A stretch of DNA of 64,000 nucleotides. It comes from Candidatus Poribacteria bacterium. GTDB taxonomy: Bacteria > Poribacteria > WGA-4E > WGA-3G. The translations under genes were made by a program, and so were the position numbers. The stretch is from positions 3,072,001 through 3,136,000 of the forward strand of contig CBDANF010000003.1 in the NCBI GenBank assembly GCA_965197475.1. The letters are read 5' to 3'. This document shows, in pieces, positions 10,605 through 20,401 of this stretch. A model generated the notes under the pieces. It saw only the letters and a list, made by a program, of their open reading frames with translations. It had not been told where the DNA came from and did no database searches. How positions within the stretch are numbered: the first letter of the stretch is position 1; each line of letters opens with the position of its first letter.

Positions 10605-11357
10605 TCACGCTAATTGTGCGGTAAAGTTTATCCGATCTGAAGCGCGAGTACACCGATTGAAGGTATACATATTGAAAGCACTCAGCATCTTGTAGCCTGT
10701 AGCTTTCAGTAATTCATTCACCGTTTGCACCTCAAAGATTCGTTGCTGATGGACCTCTTCGTAACGTCTAAACAACTCACCTTCTCGGAGAAAAAATGTT
10801 AGAAAAGTTCTGCACATCTTGGAATGATAGAGGTAATTGTTCTTCCAAACGTAGGAAAAATCCTCGTGGTTCTCGGAAAAAGTCTTGTTGTGAAAATGCT
10901 CTACGATATTTCGTTCTGTTGTTACATCAAAGATAAACAACCCACCAGGTGTGAGATGCTCTAATACAGTTTTGAACACACTGCTTAATTCATTTTCGTT
11001 AACCGCATAATTTATGCTGTCATAGGTGCAAAGGATAACGTCGAACTGCTGATTTAACCGAAAATTGAGCATATCTCCATGATGGAATGCAATTTGTAAA
11101 TCCTGATTTTCTGCTTTTTCTTGAGCAACATTTAACATTCCTATTGCTCTATCTATCCCAGTCATCGTATATCCTTTTGAAGCTAATAGGAGGGTCAATG
11201 CCCCTGTGCCACACGCCAAATCAAGGATATTACGAGGTTTACAACCGTATTTCCCGAAAAGAGATTCGATATAATCACCCCATCGAGGATAGTTGACGTT
11301 TCGCATCATCCGGTCATAGGCAAAAGCAAATTTTTCATAAGGTGGCGTTATATGCAT
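10605..11357 (-). CDS. Class I SAM-dependent methyltransferase
   Basis: ILDLACGTG motif I, DSINY and LTPGGLFIFD. Confidence 0.9.
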   Translation of the reverse strand: MHITPPYEKFAFAYDRMMRNVNYPRWGDYIESLFGKYGCKPRNILDLACGTGALTLLLASKGYTMTGIDRAIGMLNVAQEKAENQDLQIAFHHGDMLNFRLNQQFDVILCTYDSINYAVNENELSSVFKTVLEHLTPGGLFIFDVTTERNIVEHFHNKTFSENHEDFSYVWKNNYLYHSKMCRTFLTFFLREGELFRRYEEVHQQRIFEVQTVNELLKATGYKMLSAFNMYTFNRCTRASDRINFTAQLA

Positions 11358-11366
11358 TGATATTAA

Positions 11367-11756
11367 TTACTCAATTTCCCGTTTATATCCCACAGAAGCG
11401 TTGAGCATCCTCAAGAGAGTATTGATTTCCACTGCTTCCCAACTTTCGTCAGCATTTGCTGCAATAGCATATTCACCTGCAGCTTTGATTTTCCGAAGGT
11501 TGATCTTTCCTGTGATAAAACTAAACGGAAGTTGTTGCGCTCTACTTTTGACTCGTTCAAATGTATTTATTATATCATCACGGTTTACACCTACTGGTGC
11601 CTGTCTAACCATAGCATCCTTCAACATCTCCGTGCCAAAACCGAAAAGTGCTTTGATAATAAACCACTGTAAGATTGAAAGGCAAACCATAAAAATTAAT
11701 AATATCGTTAACGCTTTGGTCAGATGACGTTTCCAAGTCGGGGTCTCGGTACTCAT
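11367..11756 (-). CDS. Hypothetical membrane-anchored protein
   Basis: 129-aa ORF with an N-terminal TM segment and a GAGG RBS, 10 nt upstream of the methyltransferase. Confidence 0.7.
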   Translation of the reverse strand: MSTETPTWKRHLTKALTILLIFMVCLSILQWFIIKALFGFGTEMLKDAMVRQAPVGVNRDDIINTFERVKSRAQQLPFSFITGKINLRKIKAAGEYAIAANADESWEAVEINTLLRMLNASVGYKREIE

Positions 11757-11916
11757 TTTCGCTTACCTCTAAATAATGCTCAGCTTAATCACTAATATTA
11801 ATGAGATGAAATATAATCAAATATATTAGCATTTTATAGGGATGTTGTCAATCTAAAACTAAATGTTCTTTTGATCTACCAGAACACTTAACCACAAAAC
11901 AAAGCCGATAACCATT

Positions 11917-13026
11917 ATGAAAATAGGTATTGTAGGTAGACCGCATGTCGGGAAAACGACAGTTTTCAACGCTTTAGCACATTCTAATGCTGAAATTGGG
12001 GACTACACCGGCAAGAAACAGATAAATCTTAGCACTATTTCCATCCCAGACGATAGGTTGGAACCGTTACGTGATGTTTTTCAGGCAAAAAACATTGTCC
12101 CCGCTACGATTGATTACGTTGATAGGGGCGGTACTTCTCGCTCCACAATGCGTTCTGATGTTGATCAACTACAACCCGTAGAATTAGATGCTAACGTACT
12201 CGCAGAACTCCGCACTGTTGACGCGCTTGCACATGTTGTCAGGCTTTTTGAAGATGAGACAGTGCCACACGTTGACAGAAACGCTAACGGTGAACGGGAC
12301 ATTGAAACTGTAGATTTAGAGTTTGCTTTCGCAGACCTACAGATTATTGAAGGTCGACTCAATAGACTTGAAAAACTTCTGAAAAACCAGAAGACCCCTG
12401 AACATCAAAATGAATTTCGGATTTTAGAGGAGTGTCAGCAGACCTTACAGCACGGAAAACCGCTTCGCTCCCTTACAATATCAGATAACGAGGAAAAGTT
12501 AATACGCGGTTATGGGTTCTTAACACAGAAACCTCTACTACTTATCTGCAACATCAGTGAAACGCAACTGCATGAAACGGATGAAATTTTTAAGCGTTTT
12601 GCCGAATATGAAGCACGACCACAAACCGCTATCATCGTTCTCGCCGCGCAATTAGAGATGGAAATCGCTCAACTTGATCCTGATGACGCAGAAGTTTTTA
12701 TGGTTGAGATGGGATTGAATGAATCCGCTTTAGAAAGGTTTATAAAGATTTCCTATCAACTCATGGGATTGATAACATTTTTTACGGGCGGTCCAAAAGA
12801 AGCGAGGGCATGGACGCTTCGGAGTGGGCAAACTGCTGTTGAAGCAGCGGGGGTAATCCATACCGATTTTGAACGCGGATTTGTTCGTTCTGAGTGTATT
12901 AACTGGGAAGATTTAGTAAATTGTGGTAGCTATACCCAGGCACGCAGCAAAGGACTGTTGAGAGCCGAAGGAAAAACATATCAGGTTCAAGAGGGTGATG
13001 TTTTGACAATCTTAGCGAATCCATAG
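11917..13026 (+). CDS. ychF: YchF/Obg-family ATPase (divergent)
   Basis: GIVGRPHVGKTT P-loop, HVVR, LTQKP, and C-terminal TGS region AAGVIHTDFERGF / EGKTYQVQEGD. Confidence 0.85.
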   Translation: MKIGIVGRPHVGKTTVFNALAHSNAEIGDYTGKKQINLSTISIPDDRLEPLRDVFQAKNIVPATIDYVDRGGTSRSTMRSDVDQLQPVELDANVLAELRTVDALAHVVRLFEDETVPHVDRNANGERDIETVDLEFAFADLQIIEGRLNRLEKLLKNQKTPEHQNEFRILEECQQTLQHGKPLRSLTISDNEEKLIRGYGFLTQKPLLLICNISETQLHETDEIFKRFAEYEARPQTAIIVLAAQLEMEIAQLDPDDAEVFMVEMGLNESALERFIKISYQLMGLITFFTGGPKEARAWTLRSGQTAVEAAGVIHTDFERGFVRSECINWEDLVNCGSYTQARSKGLLRAEGKTYQVQEGDVLTILANP

Positions 13027-13077
13027 ATGTCAATTTAAAAGTACTAAACATTCGCTTCGCGCGGTAGGCACGGCAAC

Positions 13078-13737
13078 CTAAACACTAATTAGCGACTCAT
13101 TTCGCAATTTTGCTATAGCATCCATCATCTGTACGCCCATCTGTTGATACATTTCGCGTTTTACATCAGACTCAACGATTTCGGAAAAATCAATCGGTTC
13201 TCCAAACGTTACTGTCACCTTTGCGCGACGAGGGCGTTTACTCCCACGAGATAACATTTTTCCTGCCCCATTATGATAAACCGGAATTGTTCGCACATTT
13301 GCGCGGTGTGCTATAAAAGATGCGCCATCATGCGCTTTACCCAAACTACCATCAACACTCCGCGTGCCTTCTGGAAACATCAGCACAACATTACCGTTTT
13401 TCAGAAGAGAAATCGTTTTTCGCAATGCCCCTAAGTCGGGTGCGCCTCTATTTACGGGATAAGCATTATAAGCAGTGATAAGCTTACCTAAACCCGGAAC
13501 ACCGAAAACATTGCTCCGTGCCATAAAATGTATTTCACGATTAGCGGCAGAGCCCACTATAACCGGGTCCAATAGACTGATGTGGTTTGATACAATCAAT
13601 ACGCCACCTTCCCTTGGAATATGATGAACACCTTGTGCTTCAAGGTGTCCCATTACTTTACAAAATAGATTTGTGAGTCTATGTCCCCACCGATATACTC
13701 GGTTTGGTGTCCAGAATTGATTATTGGTATACCACAT
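13078..13737 (-). CDS. plsC: 1-acyl-sn-glycerol-3-phosphate acyltransferase
   Basis: NHISLLD (HX4D) and FPEGTRS motifs; downstream of cmk. Confidence 0.92.
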   Translation of the reverse strand: MWYTNNQFWTPNRVYRWGHRLTNLFCKVMGHLEAQGVHHIPREGGVLIVSNHISLLDPVIVGSAANREIHFMARSNVFGVPGLGKLITAYNAYPVNRGAPDLGALRKTISLLKNGNVVLMFPEGTRSVDGSLGKAHDGASFIAHRANVRTIPVYHNGAGKMLSRGSKRPRRAKVTVTFGEPIDFSEIVESDVKREMYQQMGVQMMDAIAKLRNESLISV

Positions 13738-13754
13738 GAAAACGTGTCGTAGCG

Positions 13755-14462
13755 TTAGTGCTTAACCCTCCGTGCAATATTTTGAGCTTTTCCAATCCCG
13801 ACTTTTATCTGTGCAACTATAAAATCAACCACTTCGTCAATCGTTTTACCCGTTGTATCTATGCAGATAGCATCCTCAGCAGTTCGCAGGGGACTGTGTT
13901 CTCGTGATGTATCCTTCTTATCGCGTGCACTAATTTCAGCTTCAACGGACTCTAAAGTCGTATTCACATTTTGGGCTTCAAGTTCAGCAAATCTCCGTTT
14001 AGCACGTTCTTGGACAGAGGCATCAAGATAAAATTTTAAATCTGCGTTTGGAAAAACGATAGTCGTCAAATCGCGTCCTTCTGCGATGATACTTCCTTCT
14101 TCGCCAATTCTCCGTTGATGCTTAACAATCTCATGCCGAATCTCTGGAACTTTCGCAATATCAGCAACTAATTTGTTTACTTCAGGGGTACGTATTTGAA
14201 CTGAAACATCGTCAGAATTGAGAAGAATTGTTTTGCCATTATCCTGAAATTCAATATGACACGTTTTTACAAGGTTAATGAGTTTAGGGGTATTATCCTC
14301 TACGCCATTTTGTATTGCCAGCACTGTTACCGCTCGGTACATCGCCCCGGAATCAAGGTAAAGCAATCCGAGTTTTTCAGCAACGCGTCGCGCCACAGTG
14401 CTTTTCCCAGATCCGGCAGGACCATCCATCGCAATCGTCACGTGATCTCCAATCTTTATCAT
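13755..14462 (-). CDS. cmk: Cytidylate kinase
   Basis: DGPAGSGKST, LDSGAMYR, EGRD and RDKKDTSR..SPL. Confidence 0.97.
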   Translation of the reverse strand: MIKIGDHVTIAMDGPAGSGKSTVARRVAEKLGLLYLDSGAMYRAVTVLAIQNGVEDNTPKLINLVKTCHIEFQDNGKTILLNSDDVSVQIRTPEVNKLVADIAKVPEIRHEIVKHQRRIGEEGSIIAEGRDLTTIVFPNADLKFYLDASVQERAKRRFAELEAQNVNTTLESVEAEISARDKKDTSREHSPLRTAEDAICIDTTGKTIDEVVDFIVAQIKVGIGKAQNIARRVKH

Positions 14463-15395
14463 CTACTTCCTAATGTTCTCTCTGTTTATAACTATATCTT
14501 GGGCTTCCGTAAGTACCCGTTTAATTTCAGCATGATCATAATTTTTAAGAAAGGTTTTGAATTCGGTCAAATTTTCGACGAACACGTCCATTAAAGGCAA
14601 AAGGACATCCGCATTCTGCGTAAAAATACCGGTCCATAATTCAGGCGAACCTGCAGCGATGCGCGTGGTATCCTGAAAACCGGTCGCTGTAAAGTCCAAC
14701 GCCTTACTATCAAGTGTCTCCACATCTGCCACGCTGTTGGCAAGTATACTTGCAATCAGATGGGGCAGGTGACTTGCAGCACCGATGAGCTGATCATGAA
14801 CTTCAGGCGAACACACATAAGGCACTGCACCGACAAATTCCCATAGGTGCTTAACCAACTGTAAGGCATCCGCATCTGTGTGTTCTGTCGGGGTTAAGAT
14901 ACACTTCGCATTTTCAAAAAGGTCCGCCCGCGCAGCACCAACACCTGTTTCGTGTGAACCTGCCATCGGGTGCCCTCCTACAAAAGAAATACTTGATGAT
15001 GGCATCATCTGTAATTGTGTCTCAACTGACTTAACTAATCCCGATTTCGTGCTCCCCACATCCGTAAGCACGATTTGTTTTTTTTGTGTTCCAACCAATT
15101 CAATGATACGTTTAACGAACATCGGAACAAGTGCCACAGGTGTGCAGAGCAGAACAAGGTCGCTGTCGCAAATTCCCTCTGTCGCCTCAGTTGTGACATG
15201 ATCAACTGCATCCTGCTGTTGTGCGTATTCAAGTCTGCTGATGTTCCGTCCTAAACCGACGCGTTGCCCCTGAAATCCGTTTTTTTTCAGTGCCAACCCA
15301 AGCGAGCCGCCTATTAACCCGACACCCCATATTGTAATTCTACGAATTTTTCTTATTTGTTGTATGGCAAGGTTCGGTTTGTGTTTTGAAAACAT
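14463..15395 (-). CDS. tyrA: Prephenate/arogenate dehydrogenase
   Basis: GVGLIGGS, TDVGSTK, GGHPMAGS, SHLPH and DTTRIA. Confidence 0.95.
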   Translation of the reverse strand: MFSKHKPNLAIQQIRKIRRITIWGVGLIGGSLGLALKKNGFQGQRVGLGRNISRLEYAQQQDAVDHVTTEATEGICDSDLVLLCTPVALVPMFVKRIIELVGTQKKQIVLTDVGSTKSGLVKSVETQLQMMPSSSISFVGGHPMAGSHETGVGAARADLFENAKCILTPTEHTDADALQLVKHLWEFVGAVPYVCSPEVHDQLIGAASHLPHLIASILANSVADVETLDSKALDFTATGFQDTTRIAAGSPELWTGIFTQNADVLLPLMDVFVENLTEFKTFLKNYDHAEIKRVLTEAQDIVINRENIRK

Positions 15396-15744
15396 ACAGC
15401 AGGATTCCTATGGACAGTGTTCATTCTATTTTAAGGGAATCTTATCGCCTATGTCAAGCGAAAACGTCAAACTATTTGATTTTTCACCGACTTCAATGAA
15501 CATCTGGAATTAACTTTCAAACATCAGCAAGTAATATTTGTAGCGTCTTCATTCTCATTTCTCTGACTATCCCCAGGGTTATTTAGTTTTCGATTTTTCT
15601 ATTGTAATTTATCACAAACGTTAATATTTTATGATATGCAGATGTAGCATGACTTTTCTCGCTACATCTGCTATACTTCGCCTTAAAAAACAAACTCTTT
15701 TGAGGTGAAACAAGACAAGACACTCCTCTTGCCACTTGATTAAT

Positions 15745-15900
15745 ATGTTAGCAGAAGTGCCAGATCCACGCAATAAAAAAGGCAAATGACATCCGTTGAA
15801 GTCAATCCTTGCCCTTATCGTCATCGGCTTGATATGCGGTCATTAAGGTTATACTTCCGAAGTGGTGCGGATTGAAGACGATATACCGCGAAGACTATAC
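15745..15900 (+). pseudogene. ISAs1-family transposase N-terminal relic
   Basis: Translates MLAEVPDPRNKKGK*HPLKSILALIVIGLICGH*GY, matching the ISAs1 'PDPR...RHPL..IL...LCG' signature with two in-frame stops. The 3' limit is approximate. Confidence 0.7.
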
Positions 15901-15989
15901 ACACTCATCGAACCGAATACCCGGAATACAGAGCATTTTGCGATGGGATTGGAGGAAATTGATCCGAATAGCGAGATTCCGATATCTGT

Positions 15990-17045
15990 TTAGTGGCTAT
16001 TTGCCCTAAAGAAGGCATATTGCCAACCAAGCGTAATCTGCCATCTGTTTTTGAGTTGTATTCCTTCAAAATATTGAACGATGGGGAGATGAAACTCAAC
16101 TGCCAGACGTTGACCTGCAAATGTACCTTTCGGTATGAGTAGGTTGCTTGAAATCAAGAGGTCCAATCGTGTACTGCCGCGGAAATCTGGACGATGACTT
16201 GGACTCGTTTTTTGATTCAAGTTGGGATGGCTGCCGCTGATATTTCCTATGTGTGAAAACAGAAGTCTGCCGCTAAGACTAATCCAGTTGCTTATGCGCC
16301 GCGCGCTCCATGTGGTGGCATTAACAAAGTTCCCCTGCCGGTATTCATTCGCGTTTGTATGTAGTGGAAAGGCACCGCGTAGTTGGATGCCGTAAGACCA
16401 ATTGCCACGATGTGAAAATAATGTAATGCCTGGCCTTCCCTCAAAAGATCCACTACCAAGTTGCATCGGATAAGGAAACGTGTGTCCATCAGCGTCCTTT
16501 TGTGTGATTGATCCTGTTGGGATTGAAAGACCGACGTTGCCGATTAGTGAAAGGTTTTCTGTTTTCCACAATGTGAGCAGAGAATCCAATTTAACATCAC
16601 CGATGCCTGAACTTGACATCTCATGGATGCCTACGGGGTGTGCATGGTGCCCTTCTTTATGATGATGTGCGCCCTCCATTTCCATGTGGCGTTGTTGAAA
16701 ATTTGCCATCCCCATGAGGGTGACTTTGTTATGTATTGCAAACATTGCTCCGAGCATGTGCATCTGCATCCCCATCTGTGTCGGTGCCACCATAAAATCT
16801 TTGAGTACATCAACAGTTTCAAGGGGGGTGTTGCCAGATTGTAGTCCTTGCATATTCATCGTCATAAATCGGTATGCAAGCATCATTTCACCTGATTTAT
16901 GTGCATGGTCACCCATTACACCGATAGGGGCGTGGCTATCGGGACAAGAAGTTGTTGCATCCGCTAAGAGGAAAGTTGCCGTACTGAGAAATAAAAAAAT
17001 AGCGATGTTCGTTCTATTAGGTTTCAATCTTTTCTCCTTTTTCAC
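15990..17045 (-). CDS. His/Met-rich outer-membrane beta-barrel 'transporter' (phenol-MetA/COG4313-like)
   Basis: Signal peptide, HAPIGVMGDH, HHHKEGHHAH, SGIGD, GLSIPTG, MQLGSGS and C-terminal LGWQYAF. Confidence 0.8.
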   Translation of the reverse strand: MKKEKRLKPNRTNIAIFLFLSTATFLLADATTSCPDSHAPIGVMGDHAHKSGEMMLAYRFMTMNMQGLQSGNTPLETVDVLKDFMVAPTQMGMQMHMLGAMFAIHNKVTLMGMANFQQRHMEMEGAHHHKEGHHAHPVGIHEMSSSGIGDVKLDSLLTLWKTENLSLIGNVGLSIPTGSITQKDADGHTFPYPMQLGSGSFEGRPGITLFSHRGNWSYGIQLRGAFPLHTNANEYRQGNFVNATTWSARRISNWISLSGRLLFSHIGNISGSHPNLNQKTSPSHRPDFRGSTRLDLLISSNLLIPKGTFAGQRLAVEFHLPIVQYFEGIQLKNRWQITLGWQYAFFRANSH

Positions 17046-17160
17046 TGAAAATTCTGATTAAAACAATTGAATATGCGCGTTCTGAAATGCAAGTTAAAGT
17101 GAAAAGGCAGGTAGGGCACCTGCCTATGTATTGAGGATTTCTGATGGCAACCTTTACACA

Positions 17161-17478
17161 CTATCGACTGCCGCAACCACACCCACGGGCTGTCTGAGGT
17201 CCTGTTTTGCGTGCAATGGGAACCACTGGACGTGTCGCTTGTTGTGAAGTGGCGGAACGTTGCACTTTCTGAGGGGTGGAACCGCAACAACCACCTATAG
17301 AGCCAGTCGTTGTTTTGCTAACCGTGGCGGGACCACAACAACTATTAGTAGTCGCAGTGGGTTGCTCTGTTTCGTCCGACATCGTAGTTGAAACGTTCTG
17401 TTGTGTGAGAGCGAAGACCGTTATACTTCCAGCCAATAGAATGAGGATAGCAAGTTTCCAGATCCATTTTTTTCTCAT
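17161..17478 (-). CDS. Small secreted Cys-rich protein
   Basis: GGAG RBS, signal peptide, and SCCG, GCCG and GCGCG motifs; 105 aa. Confidence 0.7.
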   Translation of the reverse strand: MRKKWIWKLAILILLAGSITVFALTQQNVSTTMSDETEQPTATTNSCCGPATVSKTTTGSIGGCCGSTPQKVQRSATSQQATRPVVPIARKTGPQTARGCGCGSR

Positions 17479-17657
17479 GAGAATATTCTCCTATCCGAAA
17501 AATTTGGTAAACCAATTCGTATTCTTAATCGTTCATCATCCAAGGCATCCACCCTATTTTGAGATGAGGATTTTCTGCCTTCATAGTTAACGAATGCAAA
17601 TTGTAGGTGAAACTCTCATAAAATCCAATTTTTTCTAAGAATTAAAATGAGGAAGCT

Positions 17658-18194
17658 TTAAAAAAACTGTAACCTTCCACCTCGCAAAATGATGTCTTTT
17701 CCTTTTTTGTACAGTGTAACCTGCTTTGATTGAATCTGTTTCACGCGCACATCGTCAAGGATGTCCCCTATTTTGACGATATGCAAGCGATTTGAACGCC
17801 GCTCCAATATAAACGCCTTTGAATCCGCTGCATGCTGTGAAACGGCTGTGCCGATGAGGGTATAGTCCGGCTGTTTTTTAGGCGGATGCCAACCAAGCGG
17901 ACGGAAGATATTGTTGTCAATAATGAACTGGTAAAACTCATCAGGAGTTTTCGGGGTTGTGCTGCTGAAACGTACTGGATTTCGTTTCCTTTTACTATCT
18001 TGAGGCGGAAACTGAACCGCTGTTTTTTTCTCAATCGGATTTGTTGCAGGTAGTTTTTGGACGGTTTGCATTTTTTGAAAACCGATATCTCTGTGTAACT
18101 TAGCGGGCATCTTTCCTTGCGCGGACAGATACAGCACACCAGCAATGACAAACAGAATAATGATCATACTTATAACACCGGTTTTTATGGACAT
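17658..18194 (-). CDS. Membrane-anchored GspC/PilP-like (type II secretion HR-domain) protein
   Basis: Start at MSIKTG with a GGGAGA RBS. A TM anchor is followed by NNIFRPLG..YTLIGTA..AFI..VKIGD..VKQI..V.L. Confidence 0.65.
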   Translation of the reverse strand: MSIKTGVISMIIILFVIAGVLYLSAQGKMPAKLHRDIGFQKMQTVQKLPATNPIEKKTAVQFPPQDSKRKRNPVRFSSTTPKTPDEFYQFIIDNNIFRPLGWHPPKKQPDYTLIGTAVSQHAADSKAFILERRSNRLHIVKIGDILDDVRVKQIQSKQVTLYKKGKDIILRGGRLQFF

Positions 18195-18219
18195 GTTGTG
18201 ATCTCCCAATATAAAGGAA

Positions 18220-18245
18220 AAGGCAGATAACACGTTATCTGCCTT
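18220..18245 (-). terminator. Rho-independent terminator
   Basis: aaggcagataac-N2-gttatctgcctt stem followed by a T-rich tract on the minus strand, downstream of the peptidase gene. Confidence 0.6.
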
Positions 18246-18344
18246 GATTACCTTGTACCTTTAATGTTAGTCCTTACTATCACATGAGTGTGGAAGGTTA
18301 ACACGTTAGTATTCACTAATTACATGTCGGAAAACCTCTGTAGA

Positions 18345-20286
18345 CTATGGACAGCAGCAGTAGTTTTCTCCACACTCGGTGCTTGGAACACCGGAGGCGG
18401 ATCCTATCGTACAACTACCTTGGTCGTTGCAATAGTCTGCATATTCGCTTTGACCACACCCATAGGAAGCTCCACCGTTATTATTTGCACACAAACAGTA
18501 CCGATGTCCACAAGGTCCGTTACTTGTTGAGTCGGATGTTGTTGTGCAGGAACCGCTGTCTGAACAATAGTCATGCTCAGCGTTATAATCACAACCGTTG
18601 CTACTGGTACCTGTGTTGGTGCTAATGATAGTATCAGAACTGGTGTCATCGGAAGTGCCACCATCGTTCCCGTTATTGCTGGTGTCTTCGGAAGTACCAC
18701 CGTTATAATTTGCACACAAGCACCACCTATGCTCACAAGGTCCGTCACTTGATGCATCAGATATTGTTGTACAGGTGCCATCGTCTGAACACCAATCATG
18801 TTCAGCAACGTTATTGCATCCGTATGAGGCACTTGTGGTAGAGATGTCGTCTCTATCGGGGTTTATCACAGGACTTGTTGTGGTTTCACTGCTACCCTGC
18901 CTATTACTATCGCTCGGAGCTCGGATGATATTACCGTCTGCATCCGAACCTCTTTCAGGAGGTATTCCATTGGGTTCTGGTCGCTGGGGAAACGAAGGGG
19001 ACTTCAAATCGTAATCCTGTAGATGATGAGTGTGATATTGACTCTCCAAGTCAGACAAAGCATCAGCGACTGGCCACATATAGCAGTTCATGTCGCTCTC
19101 ATTCCAACTAGGGCAATGGCGTAGATGGACCCCATGTCCAATTTCATGGGCAATTGTACTAGCTACAGATTCGTCAATGGTGTTATTGAGCTGAGCTTGT
19201 GTCCAATTCCATTGGTTCTCACTATTCCACCTTGTCCAATCTTCCACCGCAGCCCCAGTATAAATAAAACCTTTGGTTCCAGAATAGGGAGGAGCCAGTA
19301 CTCATTTCTCCAAATCCCTCTACTGGTGCGTTATTTATGATTGTCCTGGTTTCCTGTTGGAGTCTGATTCCGTAAACGGGAAAAACCCCTTGCTCCATTG
19401 GGGCTGCAGATGCCTTATATTTATAGACAATACCGTAATCAAAATTAACTTCATTGAAATTCATGAGGTGGGGCATCATCTCGGGGAGCCCCGATGCTTT
19501 TCCGTAACCATGGGGTGTTCCATCAGTTTTTATGATATCGGATGTGATGAAGACATCCCATCTTTCGGGGTCAGTATCTGTCCAGGAGCCGTCAACCTCA
19601 ATCCCTCTATATTCGTCAAGTACAGTAAGTCCATCTCCACGTTGGGTATTTGGGGAATCGGGCCCAATTTCTTCATCCCAATTCGCTACATAGTTTTTGG
19701 AGGGGTTGTTGTTATTTGGATCTGCGGTGGTTTCATCGTTTCGCCATGAATCCGCAATCTTGTTGCCGTTGATGTCGCGAGGTATGATGATCGATACTGG
19801 GTACGCGTTGCCAGTGGATCCAGTTGCGTCCAACGTTAATACGCCATAAGCTGCGTAGTCTGTACTGTCTACTTGGATGGATTTGTAACTCGTCACCGTA
19901 GAACTTGTATTATTTGGCAGTATTTCTTGACTAAGTCTTGTCTTAGATGACTCCACTTCCCATCCCGTGTTAATAGAATTGTCGCAAAAGAGGACGAGGT
20001 CCGGATTCAAAGATCTAGCTGTGAGACAATTTCCACATGCCCCGGTGTAATTCGTTACGCCAGAAAGCGTTGCGTAGAGGTCCCCGCCAGAGTAATAGGG
20101 TGGTTTTGTGATTTTTATCGTGAAAGTAAGGGAGTTATTTGATTCTGGATGCCACGTCACAGGCAGCTCCCTGGAAAGATGCGGTACTGCTAGTTGTACT
20201 TTTTGTTGTTGCACTTCTGCAATATTTTCGATGTTAAAAAAAACAAAATGGCATAAGATGCCGACTAAAATGTATGTGAGTCTCAT
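18345..20286 (-). pseudogene. Secreted zinc-metallopeptidase-like protein with C-terminal Cys-rich repeats, split by a 1-nt frameshift near 19295
   Basis: ORF 19222-20286 has the signal peptide. The frame of 18345-19247 continues as PPYSGTKGFIYTGAAVEDW..HEIGHGVHLRH. Either a real lesion or an assembly error. Confidence 0.7.
18348..18824 (-). repeat. Three copies of a 6-Cys protein repeat (about 37 aa)
   Basis: YGCNNVAEHDWCSDDGTCTTISDASSDGPCEHRWCLC / NGCDYNAEHDYCSDSGSCTTTSDSTSNGPCGHRYCLC / YGCGQSEYADYCNDQGSCTIGSASGVPSTECGENYCCC. Confidence 0.85.
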
Positions 20287-20401
20287 AAAAAATTCTCCTT
20301 TTTATTTACAAACGGGTTATATTGGGCTTTTCTTTTTAGTAAAGTCATAACACGTTGAGCACACAGTATCTCAGCAAACACGGTCTGTTGACCTGGTAGA
20401 A

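Noticed and set aside
15787-15846. In-frame TGA in the ISAs1 fragment as possible Sec
   Set aside because: It falls at a position that is usually Arg (CGA->TGA) and a TAA follows, so this is a decayed transposase.
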